A DNA stretch of 39,018 nucleotides from a virus (Duplodnaviria > Caudoviricetes), in IMG/VR virus record IMGVR_UViG_3300038334_000128, positions 1 through 39,018 of that record, one strand, 5' to 3'. The position numbers were made by a program, and so were the translations under genes. Within the stretch, counting starts at the first letter, position 1; every line of letters starts with the position of its first letter. The notes beneath the pieces are model-generated. The model was not told the origin of the DNA. It saw only the letters and a list, made by a program, of their open reading frames with translations, and did not search any database. Shown in pieces: positions 18,137-26,959 of the stretch.

Positions 18137-19741
18137 GTGATTAGGAAGCTGAGGAAGTACACGCCGACTCCATTCAAAGCGAATGACTCGGCATATAACA
18201 AACAGGCGGCGGACAACGCCGTCGCTTTCATAGAGTGCCTTGCGCACACAAAGGGTACATGGGCGGGGAAGCCGTTTCTGCTGATCGACTGGCAGGAACA
18301 GATCATCCGCGATGTGTTTGGAACCCTGAAGACGAGCGGATACCGCCAGTTCAACACGGCGTACATCGAGATACCAAAGAAGAATGGTAAGTCTGAGCTC
18401 GCGGCTGCGGTCGCGCTGCTCTTGACCTGCGGTGACAACGAAGAGCGCGCCGAAGTGTACGGGTGCGCAGCCGACCGACAGCAGGCTTCGATCGTATTCG
18501 AGGTCGCCAAGGATATGGTAACGATGTGCCCCGCGCTGGCAAAGCGTGTGAAGATCCTCGCGTCGCAGAAGCGGCTCGTATACCTGCCGACCGGGAGTTA
18601 TTATCAGGTGCTCAGCGCCGATGTCGCCAACAAGCACGGCTTCAATACGCACGGTGTCATCTTCGACGAACTGCATACCCAACCGAACCGCCGTCTTTTT
18701 GACGTTATGACCAAGGGCAGCGGTGATGCTCGTATGCAGCCGTTGTACTTTCTGATTACCACCGCAGGCGACAACACAAACTCCATCTGCTGGGAGGTGC
18801 ATTCGAAAGCACAAGATATCCTTAACGGTAGAAAGACGGACCCTACGTTCTACCCTGTGATCTACGGCACCGAGGAGAACGATTCCTGGACGGATCCGAA
18901 GGTGTGGAAGAAGGCGAATCCTTCTCTCGGGATCACGGTGGGGATCGACAAGGTCAAAGCCGCTTGTGAAAGCGCGCAGCAAAACCCCGCGGAGGAAAAC
19001 GCATTTCGTCAGCTCCGATTAAACCAGTGGGTCAAACAAGCAATCCGCTGGATGCCGATGGAAGCGTGGGACAAATGCGCGTTTCCTGTTGACCCCAAAT
19101 CGCTCGAAGGCCGCATTTGCTACGGTGGTCTTGACCTCTCGTCCAGCACAGATATTACAGCATTCGTGCTCATGTTTCCGCCGCTGGATGATGATGATAA
19201 ATACTTTGTCCTGCCGTTCTTCTGGATCCCCGAGGATAATATCGATCTGCGCGTGCGGCGCGATCATGTGAATTACGACCTTTGGCAGAAGCAGGGATTC
19301 CTGCTGACGACCGAAGGGAACGTCGTGCATTACGGATTTATTGAAACGTTCATCGAGCAGCTTGGTATGAAATACAACATCCGCGAGATCGCGTTTGACC
19401 GTTGGGGTGCCGTGCAAATGGTGCAGAACCTCGAAGGCATGGGCTTCACGGTTGTTCCGTTTGGGCAAGGGTTCAAGGACATGTCGCCACCGACGAAGGA
19501 ACTCATGAAACTGACGCTAGAGCAGAGGATCGCGCACGGCAGCCAGCCGGTTTTGCGCTGGATGATTGACAACATCTACATTCGCACCGACCCGGCGGGA
19601 AACATTAAGCCGGATAAAGAAAAAAGCACCGAGAAAATCGACGGTGCTGTAGCAACAATCATGGCGCTGGATCGGGCGTTGAGGAATGGTGGACTTGAAA
19701 ACTCGAGCGTATATGACGGGCGAGGTTTACTATTGATTTAG
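18137..19741 (+). CDS. terL: Terminase large subunit (GTG start likely; ORF opens at 18110)
   Basis: EIPKKNGKSE Walker A, VIFDELH Walker B, ITTAG, GGLDLS, KIDGAVA. Confidence 0.96.
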   Translation: MIRKLRKYTPTPFKANDSAYNKQAADNAVAFIECLAHTKGTWAGKPFLLIDWQEQIIRDVFGTLKTSGYRQFNTAYIEIPKKNGKSELAAAVALLLTCGDNEERAEVYGCAADRQQASIVFEVAKDMVTMCPALAKRVKILASQKRLVYLPTGSYYQVLSADVANKHGFNTHGVIFDELHTQPNRRLFDVMTKGSGDARMQPLYFLITTAGDNTNSICWEVHSKAQDILNGRKTDPTFYPVIYGTEENDSWTDPKVWKKANPSLGITVGIDKVKAACESAQQNPAEENAFRQLRLNQWVKQAIRWMPMEAWDKCAFPVDPKSLEGRICYGGLDLSSSTDITAFVLMFPPLDDDDKYFVLPFFWIPEDNIDLRVRRDHVNYDLWQKQGFLLTTEGNVVHYGFIETFIEQLGMKYNIREIAFDRWGAVQMVQNLEGMGFTVVPFGQGFKDMSPPTKELMKLTLEQRIAHGSQPVLRWMIDNIYIRTDPAGNIKPDKEKSTEKIDGAVATIMALDRALRNGGLENSSVYDGRGLLLI

Positions 19742-19772
19742 AAAAAGCACATCCGGTTAAGGATGTGCCTTT
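19742..19772. terminator. Probably bidirectional terminator between terL and the antisense zinc-ribbon gene
   Basis: AAAAA-GCACATCC-GGTTAA-GGATGTGC-CTTT. Confidence 0.7.
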
Positions 19773-19776
19773 GAAA

Positions 19777-20079
19777 TTACCTGTTGCTTCTGAAGCAATC
19801 GCTGCACATGACCGGACGGTCGGTGCGGGGTTGGAACGGAACCTGACAGGGTTTTCCGCACTGTGCGCAAACCGCATCGTACATCTGGCGGGGTGCATTG
19901 TCACGGTAGCCGCCGTCGCGGGAACCGCCACTGGAGTTACCCTTGCGTGCAACCCGGCAGGATTTGCAACGCTGCGGTTCATTCGTAAAGCCTTTCTCGG
20001 CGAAAAACTCTTGTTCGTTGGCAGTAAAGGTGAATTCTTGTCCGCAATCTTTGCAGACGATGGTCTTGTCGTTGTACAT
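19777..20079 (-). CDS. Zinc-ribbon / CxxC-x17-CxxC domain protein
   Basis: CKDCG..FTFTANEQEFFAEKGF.NEPQRCKSC; CAQCG..CQVPFQPRTDRPVMCSDCF; GAGGT RBS. Confidence 0.9.
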   Translation of the reverse strand: MYNDKTIVCKDCGQEFTFTANEQEFFAEKGFTNEPQRCKSCRVARKGNSSGGSRDGGYRDNAPRQMYDAVCAQCGKPCQVPFQPRTDRPVMCSDCFRSNR

Positions 20080-20132
20080 CTAATACCTCATTTATAATAT
20101 TGCGTGGTGCAGAATTGCGCCACACAACTGTC

Positions 20133-20161
20133 ACTGTAACCCACTATCTGCAAAAAGTCAA
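20133..20161 (-). promoter_or_regulatory. Sigma-A promoter of the zinc-ribbon gene
   Basis: Minus strand TTGACT (20161-20156), 17 bp, TACAGT (20138-20133). Confidence 0.65.
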
Positions 20162-20186
20162 TCATTCCAATGCTTGGAGGACTTTC

Positions 20187-21446
20187 ATGAATCCACTCAG
20201 ATCCTTATTTCGCTCTCGCGACAAGCCGAAGGACTCCCTCAATGGCAGCCGTTACAGCTTCTTTTTCGGAGGCACGTCGAGCGGGAAACCGGTGAATGAA
20301 ACGACCGCCATGCAGATGACGGCGGTGTACTCCTGTGTGAGAATCCTGTCCGAGACCGTCGCGGGGTTGCCGCTGAACGTCTACCGGTACAACGATAGCG
20401 GCGGTAAAGAAAAAGCGTTCAAGCATCCGCTCTATCGGCTGCTGCATGACGAACCGAACCCCGAGATGACGAGCTTCGCGTTTCGGGAAACACTCATGAG
20501 CCATCTTATGCTGTGGGGGAATGCTTACGCGCAGATCATACGAAACGCAAGAGGCGAGGTGATCGCGCTCTACCCGCTCATGCCGAGCAAAATGACAGTC
20601 GACCGTGATCAAAGCGGTCGGCTTTTTTATTTGTATCAGCGCGGGTCGGAGGACCCGACCACGCTCGGCAAATCGACACAGGTAACGCTTTCTCCCTCAG
20701 ATGTGCTGCACATTCCCGGACTCGGGTTCGACGGCCTGATCGGCTACAGTCCGATCGCCATGGCAAAAAACGCAATCGGTTTGGCCATCGCAACAGAGGA
20801 GTACGGCGCTAAGTTCTTCGCTAATGGCGCGGCTCCGGCAGGCGTGCTGGAACATCCAGGCACGATCAAGGATCCGCTGCGGGTAAAAGAAAGCTGGAAC
20901 TCGGCATATCAGGGCAGCGCGAATGCACACAAGATCGCGGTGCTCGAAGAAGGCATGAAGTATACGCCCATCGGGATCGCGCCGGAGCAGGCGCAGTTTT
21001 TGGAAACGCGCAAGTTTCAGATCAATGAGATCGCGCGTATCTTCCGTGTGCCGCCGCACATGCTGGCGGACTTGGAGAAATCGTCGTTCAGCAACATTGA
21101 GCAGCAGTCGCTGGAGTTCGTGAAATACACACTAGACCCTTGGGTGGTGCGCTGGGAACAGAGCATGTGCCGCGTACTGTTCAGCGAGAGTGAAAAGCCG
21201 GAATACTTCATCCGGTTCAATGTCGACGGGCTTCTGCGCGGTGACTATGCCTCCCGAATGACTGGGTATGCCACCGCGCGGCAGAACGGCTGGATGAGCG
21301 CAAACGACATCCGCGAGCTGGAAAACCTCGATCGCATTTCGTCCGATCTCGGCGGCGATCTGTACCTGATCAATGGAGCCATGACGAAGCTGGAGGATGC
21401 GGGCTTGTTTGCGGGGACACAATACAAAAAGGAGGATTCCGCTTGA
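20187..21446 (+). CDS. Portal protein, HK97 family
   Basis: ATG after GGAGG; AVYSCVRILS, WGNAYA, GYSPI, IARIFRVPP, SNIEQQ. Confidence 0.95.
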   Translation: MNPLRSLFRSRDKPKDSLNGSRYSFFFGGTSSGKPVNETTAMQMTAVYSCVRILSETVAGLPLNVYRYNDSGGKEKAFKHPLYRLLHDEPNPEMTSFAFRETLMSHLMLWGNAYAQIIRNARGEVIALYPLMPSKMTVDRDQSGRLFYLYQRGSEDPTTLGKSTQVTLSPSDVLHIPGLGFDGLIGYSPIAMAKNAIGLAIATEEYGAKFFANGAAPAGVLEHPGTIKDPLRVKESWNSAYQGSANAHKIAVLEEGMKYTPIGIAPEQAQFLETRKFQINEIARIFRVPPHMLADLEKSSFSNIEQQSLEFVKYTLDPWVVRWEQSMCRVLFSESEKPEYFIRFNVDGLLRGDYASRMTGYATARQNGWMSANDIRELENLDRISSDLGGDLYLINGAMTKLEDAGLFAGTQYKKEDSA

Positions 21447-22177
21447 ACAGAAGGTTCTGGAACTGGGTGCGAAACGAAGATAGCACCCGAATTTTGACAT
21501 TGAACGGCACGATCGCCGAAGAGAGCTGGTTTGAAGACGATGTCACCCCAAGGATGTTCAGGGACGAACTGAATGCCGGAGCGGGTGACGTTGTGATTTG
21601 GATCAACAGCCCGGGCGGCGACTGTGTGGCGGCGAGCCAAATCTACACCATGCTCATGGACTACAAGGGACATATCACGGTCAAGATCGACGGTATCGCG
21701 GCAAGCGCAGCATCGGTCATCGCTATGGCGGGTACCGAGGTGCTTATGGCACCGACGAGTTTGCTCATGATCCACAATCCGCTGACGGTAGCAATCGGCG
21801 ACAGCGAAGAAATGCAGAAAGCCATCGCCATGCTGGATGAGGTAAAGGAGAGCATCATCAACGCATATGAGCTGAAAACGGGCATGTCCCGCGCGAAGCT
21901 AGCGCACCTCATGGACGCTGAAACGTGGATGAACGCAAACAAGGCGATTGAGCTTGGCTTTGTGGATGGTGTGCTGGCAGATGAAAAGAAGCAAGCGACG
22001 CATGGCGATGTGGTGTTCAGTTTCTCACGCCGCGCGGTCACGAATTCGCTGCTGAATAAGCTGCAGCGAAAACAGGCAAGTAAAGCCGCTACGGAGGAAC
22101 CACCGCCTGTACGAACAACCGAACCGAGATACCCTGCGGAGCCGCTTTATCAGCGGCTCTCTTTGATTTCACACTGA
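21443..22177 (+). CDS. ClpP-like head maturation protease
   Basis: INSPGGD, AASAAS, MIHNP, ETWM; TTG start after AGGAGG. Confidence 0.93.
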   Translation: MNRRFWNWVRNEDSTRILTLNGTIAEESWFEDDVTPRMFRDELNAGAGDVVIWINSPGGDCVAASQIYTMLMDYKGHITVKIDGIAASAASVIAMAGTEVLMAPTSLLMIHNPLTVAIGDSEEMQKAIAMLDEVKESIINAYELKTGMSRAKLAHLMDAETWMNANKAIELGFVDGVLADEKKQATHGDVVFSFSRRAVTNSLLNKLQRKQASKAATEEPPPVRTTEPRYPAEPLYQRLSLISH

Positions 22178-22188
22178 GGAGGATACGA

Positions 22189-23388
22189 ATGAATACGATT
22201 TTGCAACTGCGCGAGAACCGCGCGAAGAAGTGGGATGCCGCAAAGGCGTTTCTTGACGTGAAGCGCGGCACGGACGGCTTGCTCTCCGCCGAGGACGCAA
22301 GCGCATACGAGAAGATGGAAGCCGAGGTCGTCGCGCTCGGTAAAGAGGTCGAGAGACTCGAACGTCAGGCGGCGTTGGACGCGGAACTGAACAAGCCCAC
22401 TGCCGATCCGCTGACCAGCAAACCCGCGCATACCAATGCGGAACAAAATACAGGCCGCGCAACGGCGGAATACAAAAAGGCGTTCTGGAACGCGATTCGT
22501 TCCAAGAACCCTCGGACGGAAATTCTCAATGCGCTTCAGGAGGGTACCGACAGCGAGGGCGGATATCTTGTTCCCGACGAGTTTGAGCGCACCCTGGTGC
22601 AGAAGCTGACGGAAGCGAATGTGCTGCGTCCGCTCTGCCATGTGATCCAGACCGGCTACGGCGATCGAAAGATTCCCGTGGTCGCGTCGAAGGGCACCGC
22701 CGACTGGGTTGACGAAGAGGGTACCTATCCGCTCTCCGACGATTCCTTCTCGCAGGTCGTCCTCGGCGCGTACAAGCTTGCTACCATGATCAAGGTGTCC
22801 GAAGAGCTGCTCTCGGACAGCATTTTTGACATCGAGGGTTATGTGTCCGAGCAGTTCGGCAAGCGCATCGGCGACAAGGAAGAGGACGCGTTCCTCAACG
22901 GAAACGGTGTGAGCAAGCCCATCGGTATTCTCAACGCCACCGGCGGCGCGGAGGTCGGCGTGACTACCGCGGGTGCATCCGCGATCACGGGCGATGAACT
23001 GATCGACCTCGTTTACTCGCTCCGTGCACCGTACCGTAAAGGCGCGGTGTTCGTACTCAACGACACGACCGTCAAACTGCTGCGCAAGCTCAAGGACGGC
23101 GACGGTCAATATCTCTGGCGGCCGGGCATCACGGAAAACGCGCCGGATACGATCCTCGGACACCGAATCGTGACCAGCGAGTTCATGCCTTCCGTCGCAG
23201 CGGGGAACAAGTCCATCGCGTTCGGCGACTTTTCCTATTACTGGATCGCAGACCGCCAAGGCCGCACCTTTAAGCGCCTGAATGAGCTGTATGCGACGAC
23301 CGGTCAGGTCGGATTTCTCGCTTCCCAGCGTCTCGACGGCAAGCTCATTCTGCCGGAAGCGATCAAGGTCCTGCAGCAGAAGGCGTAA
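22189..23388 (+). CDS. Major capsid protein, HK97 fold
   Basis: Coiled-coil delta domain, GGYLVP, AFLNGNG..KPIGIL, FGDFSYY. Confidence 0.95.
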   Translation: MNTILQLRENRAKKWDAAKAFLDVKRGTDGLLSAEDASAYEKMEAEVVALGKEVERLERQAALDAELNKPTADPLTSKPAHTNAEQNTGRATAEYKKAFWNAIRSKNPRTEILNALQEGTDSEGGYLVPDEFERTLVQKLTEANVLRPLCHVIQTGYGDRKIPVVASKGTADWVDEEGTYPLSDDSFSQVVLGAYKLATMIKVSEELLSDSIFDIEGYVSEQFGKRIGDKEEDAFLNGNGVSKPIGILNATGGAEVGVTTAGASAITGDELIDLVYSLRAPYRKGAVFVLNDTTVKLLRKLKDGDGQYLWRPGITENAPDTILGHRIVTSEFMPSVAAGNKSIAFGDFSYYWIADRQGRTFKRLNELYATTGQVGFLASQRLDGKLILPEAIKVLQQKA

Positions 23389-23399
23389 CGGAGGGCTAC

Positions 23400-23696
23400 A
23401 TGGAAATCATTGATACCCCGGCGGGCGATGTGACCCGCAACTGTAAGAACTACGCGACGGATGGCGGGGATCGGTTGGTGATTGGCGGTACTCTGGAGGT
23501 GCTGGATACCGCCACCGTCACTGGCTTGCAATCGGGATATGCGACCGAACAAACAGCTGGAAGCGTGTATCAGGCAGCAAATCAAGCTTCGAGTAACGCT
23601 TCGACCATCGCTGATTTGAAAAGTGACCTCAACGCGTTACTGCAAAGGCTCAAGAACGCGGGTATTATGGCGGCGGACGAAGCGGGTGCTTCTTAA
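23400..23696 (+). CDS. Head fiber/decoration protein
   Basis: KNY.TDGGDRLVIGGTL...DLNALLQRLKNAG; follows the capsid gene. Confidence 0.7.
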   Translation: MEIIDTPAGDVTRNCKNYATDGGDRLVIGGTLEVLDTATVTGLQSGYATEQTAGSVYQAANQASSNASTIADLKSDLNALLQRLKNAGIMAADEAGAS

Positions 23697-23702
23697 TAAA
23701 AG

Positions 23703-24020
23703 ATGGCGACGCTTTTGAGTAAGGTCAAGGCAAACCTGATTCTGACGCACGACGCTGATGATGAACTCATCCAGCGTCTGATCGATGCAGCAGTGTCCTA
23801 CGCCGAGAGCTATCAGCACCTAACTGCCGGAACTTACGAAGTAGCGGGTATGCCACCGACGACCGAGGCAGCGGTGATCATGCTGGCATCTCATTTCTAC
23901 GAGAGCCGGGACGGCAGCACGGGCGGATTCTTTGCGGACAATGTCCAAGCGGGACAGCAGGTATGGAACACAGTGAACACCCTGCTTCTCCTTGACCGCG
24001 ACTGGAAGGTGGGTTCATGA
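23703..24020 (+). CDS. Head-tail connector (gp6-like)
   Basis: VKANL..DDELI..LIDAA..YAE; HFYESR. Confidence 0.88.
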   Translation: MATLLSKVKANLILTHDADDELIQRLIDAAVSYAESYQHLTAGTYEVAGMPPTTEAAVIMLASHFYESRDGSTGGFFADNVQAGQQVWNTVNTLLLLDRDWKVGS

Positions 24021-24349
24021 GCTACGGCAGAATGAACACGCTGATCTCGATTGCGCGGGAAGTAGTGACGAAAGACGCGGAGGGTTTCGCGACAAAGACC
24101 GATCAGGAGTTGGCATCAGTGTTCGCGTATAGGGAAGGACGGCACGGATCCCAGAAATGGGTCAACCGCGCCGCCTTTTCAGAGGCGACGGATTTGTTTC
24201 GGCTTCGAGTTATCCCGAGCCTGACCGTGACCACAGCTCATGTGATCCTTTGCGGTGATGATCGCTTTGAAATCACGTCCGTCGAGGATGTGAAGGGTAG
24301 AGGCATGTACATTGAAGTGCTGGCAAAGAAGGTGACGTCGGATGGCTAA
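24017..24349 (+). CDS. Head-tail adaptor/closure protein
   Basis: GRMNTLISI..KDAEGF; position. Confidence 0.85.
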   Translation: MSYGRMNTLISIAREVVTKDAEGFATKTDQELASVFAYREGRHGSQKWVNRAAFSEATDLFRLRVIPSLTVTTAHVILCGDDRFEITSVEDVKGRGMYIEVLAKKVTSDG

Positions 24350-24770
24350 GGTGAAAATCGAGATGCCGGATGAATTCCTGAACCAAATCGCCGATATGGG
24401 CAACGCGCTCGACATGGCGATTCCCAAAGCGCTCGCGGCGGGCGGCAAGATCGTCATGGAGAAGATGAAATCGAATCTGCGCGCGGCGATCGGACGCGGC
24501 ACGAAGACCAAATCACGCTCGACCGGTAAGCTTGCTGCTTCTCTCGGCGTGTCTCCCGCGAAGCTGGATCGCGATGGAAACCTCGACGTGAAAGTCGGCT
24601 TTTCGGAGGGGCGCGGCGACGTGAGCAACGCAATGCTTGCCAACCTCCTTGAGTACGGAAAACATGGTCAGGTCCCGAAGCCGTTTCTCAAGCAGACCAA
24701 GTCCTCGAGCCGGAAACCGTGTATTGACGCTATGCAGGCGGCGCTAAAGGAGGAACTGGATCTACCGTGA
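24342..24770 (+). CDS. HK97 gp10-like neck protein
   Basis: TGKLAASL...LEYG...PKPFL. Confidence 0.85.
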   Translation: MAKVKIEMPDEFLNQIADMGNALDMAIPKALAAGGKIVMEKMKSNLRAAIGRGTKTKSRSTGKLAASLGVSPAKLDRDGNLDVKVGFSEGRGDVSNAMLANLLEYGKHGQVPKPFLKQTKSSSRKPCIDAMQAALKEELDLP

Positions 24771-25108
24771 GTATGCTTGATGAATTAAATACGATCGTCG
24801 AGAGCGTTGGACTCCCTGTGGAGACCGGCGTTTTCTCTGCTGCCGCGCCGGACGAGTACGTCGTGATTACGCCGATCTCGGAGCACTTTGAGTTGTTCTC
24901 GGATAACGCGCCGGGTATGAACATTGAAGAAGCGCGGTTATCGCTCTTTTCGAAGGGCAATTATGGCGCGAAGAAACGGCAGCTCGTTCGGCTGTTGTTG
25001 TCGGCAGGATTTCTGGTATCGGAACGACGGTATATCGGACTGGAAGAGGCCACGGGCTATCACCACTTTGCCATCGACGTGGCGAAGGAGTATTTGGAGG
25101 AAGAATAG
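24767..25108 (+). CDS. Putative tail terminator/completion protein
   Basis: Size and position before the major tail gene; GTGA overlap. Confidence 0.7.
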   Translation: MSMLDELNTIVESVGLPVETGVFSAAAPDEYVVITPISEHFELFSDNAPGMNIEEARLSLFSKGNYGAKKRQLVRLLLSAGFLVSERRYIGLEEATGYHHFAIDVAKEYLEEE

Positions 25109-25699
25109 ATGGCAACCATCGGACTGGATAAACTGTATTACGCGAAGATCACCGAAGGCGCGAACGGCGATGAGACCTACGCCGCGCCCGTTTCGCTCGC
25201 CAAGGCAATGTCCGCGGAACTGAAGATCGATATCAACGAAGCGACGCTCTACGCCGACGATGGCGCGGCCGAGGTGGTCAAAGAGTTCAAGAGTGGCACG
25301 CTCACGCTGAGCATCGATAACATCGGCGCGCCGGTCGCGAGCGATCTCACCGATTCGCAGATCGACGATAACAAGGTGCTGGTTTCCCAAAGTGAAAACG
25401 GCGGTCAGCCTGTCGCGATCGGATTCCGCGCGAAGAAGAGCAACGGCAAATACCGCTACTTCTGGCTCTATCGCGTCGTGTTCGGCATTCCCGCGACGAA
25501 CCTGCAGACGAAGGGCGACAACATCACGTTCTCGACTCCGTCGATCGAGGGAACGATCATTCGGCGCAATAAGCTGGATGGTCAGGGCAAGCATCCGTGG
25601 AAAGCGGAGGTCAACGAGGACGATACGAGCGTACCGGCGGCAACGATCTCGGGCTGGTACACGCAGGTCTACGAGCCGACATTTGCGGCGGAGGGTTAA
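25109..25699 (+). CDS. Major tail tube protein (phi13 family)
   Basis: MATIGLDKLYYA...LYADD...VAIGFRAKKSNG. Confidence 0.9.
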   Translation: MATIGLDKLYYAKITEGANGDETYAAPVSLAKAMSAELKIDINEATLYADDGAAEVVKEFKSGTLTLSIDNIGAPVASDLTDSQIDDNKVLVSQSENGGQPVAIGFRAKKSNGKYRYFWLYRVVFGIPATNLQTKGDNITFSTPSIEGTIIRRNKLDGQGKHPWKAEVNEDDTSVPAATISGWYTQVYEPTFAAEG

Positions 25700-25702
25700 C
25701 AC

Positions 25703-26116
25703 ATGGAAAACGACAGAGGCGCGATGATTCAAATCGGTAATCGCGAGTATGAGATGCTTCTGACCACGCGTGCGACCAAAGAGATCGCGAAGCGTTATGG
25801 CGGTCTGGAGCACCTCGGCGACAAGCTCATGAAAGCGGAGAACTTCGAGCTGGCGCTGGACGAGGTGGTGTGGCTGATTACGCTGCTCGCCAATCAGAGC
25901 ACACTGGTGCACAACCTTCTCGAGCCGGATACAAAGCGTGAACTGCTTATTGAGGAAGCGGTCGAACTGCTCACCACGCCGCTGGATCTCTCCGGCTACA
26001 AGTCCGCGATCATGGAAGCGATGGTTAAAGGGACGAAGCGCTATGTCGAAAGCGAGGAAGAACCCTCAAAAAACGTGTTGGTCGGGCAAGCGACGAAGAG
26101 CTGTTTGCCCGACTGA
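25703..26116 (+). CDS. Tail assembly chaperone (gpG-like)
   Basis: Position after the major tail gene; slippery heptamer near the 3' end. Confidence 0.85.
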   Translation: MENDRGAMIQIGNREYEMLLTTRATKEIAKRYGGLEHLGDKLMKAENFELALDEVVWLITLLANQSTLVHNLLEPDTKRELLIEEAVELLTTPLDLSGYKSAIMEAMVKGTKRYVESEEEPSKNVLVGQATKSCLPD

Positions 26117-26277
26117 TCTTCTATGGTGTGACCCTACTAGGGCGGCCAGAGCGCGAGGTTTGGCTCATGCCGCTTGGCGCTCTGCTTGACCAATGGGATG
26201 TATATCGGCAGCTGCATGGGTTAGCCAATCTGAAACATGAGTCTTTCATTGAATGTCTAGTACCACAGGGTGTATGA
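26068..26277 (+). CDS. -1 frameshift extension of the tail chaperone (gpGT-like)
   Basis: A-AAA-AAC at 26068-26074; -1 frame open to TGA at 26275-26277 (RVGRASDEELFARLIFYG...EVWLMPLGALLD). Confidence 0.8.
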   Translation, partial: KKRVGRASDEELFARLIFYGVTLLGRPEREVWLMPLGALLDQWDVYRQLHGLANLKHESFIECLVPQGV

Positions 26278-26322
26278 GTATGGTATCATGGCATATAAGG
26301 ACTCATATGAAAGGGCGACGCT

Positions 26323-26856
26323 ATGTGGCTCAAACTAGATATTGATGGAATTGAACTCAATCTTCGCATTTCCGGGTATAAACCTATTGCCGATTGGAAG
26401 AGTGAATATTCGTGGTGTCAAGTCGACTTACAATTAAAGAGTTCTTGGTTAGACTACAAGATTAACGGCGAGTTATTGGATATGGGCGAAGTCGTTTTGC
26501 TGCAGAATCGGATGTCGGATTTGCTTTCTGACAAAACCACCGATATTACTGCATTCGAAGGTTTGGAACCAGATATACAGTTTCAGTTCTTTCCTAGACG
26601 GGATATCCGAAATGATCCAAAGGTTTTATACGTCGCGCCCGGGCATCAATTCTTCGATATCAGTGCGGATATGATCATCACCTTTTGGAATGAGGGTTTA
26701 ACGAATAATCGATTAATCCTTAATCTTGGTTGCGATGAAATTGAGTATTTTCGGGATTATCTGCTTTATGTTGAGAAGACAACCGATTTTGACAAGGCTA
26801 AGCTAGATAAGTTGATCGCGAAGGGTGTGTTCTTTAAAGAAACTAGACAAGCATAA
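26323..26856 (+). CDS. Inserted cargo gene, putative WapI-like toxin immunity protein
   Basis: AT-richer than flanks; LRISGY...WCQV...E...LEPDIQF pattern; own terminator. Confidence 0.5.
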   Translation: MWLKLDIDGIELNLRISGYKPIADWKSEYSWCQVDLQLKSSWLDYKINGELLDMGEVVLLQNRMSDLLSDKTTDITAFEGLEPDIQFQFFPRRDIRNDPKVLYVAPGHQFFDISADMIITFWNEGLTNNRLILNLGCDEIEYFRDYLLYVEKTTDFDKAKLDKLIAKGVFFKETRQA

Positions 26857-26905
26857 TCGAAGAATGCCCATCCTACTGGATATGAAATAATGCAATATTT
26901 ACCAT

Positions 26906-26929
26906 AAACGACCTACGGGTCGTTTTTTT
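26906..26929 (+). terminator. Intrinsic terminator upstream of the tape measure gene
   Basis: AAACGACC-TACG-GGTCGTTT (UNCG loop) with a T run to 26929. Confidence 0.8.
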
Positions 26930-26959
26930 ATGCCCATTTTCCGCTAGGGAGGTGATGAA

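Noticed and set aside
19765-20097. + strand 110-aa ORF between terL and portal
   Set aside because: Antisense shadow of the zinc-ribbon gene, which has the promoter, RBS and recognisable motifs.
18074-25912. Long minus-strand ORFs (18074-18982, 22150-23259, 24938-25912 and others)
   Set aside because: Antisense shadows of GC-rich structural genes with no recognisable motifs.
25938-26189. 83-aa ORF as the chaperone extension
   Set aside because: It is not the -1 frame reached from the slippery site; the -1 frame ending at 26277 fits better.
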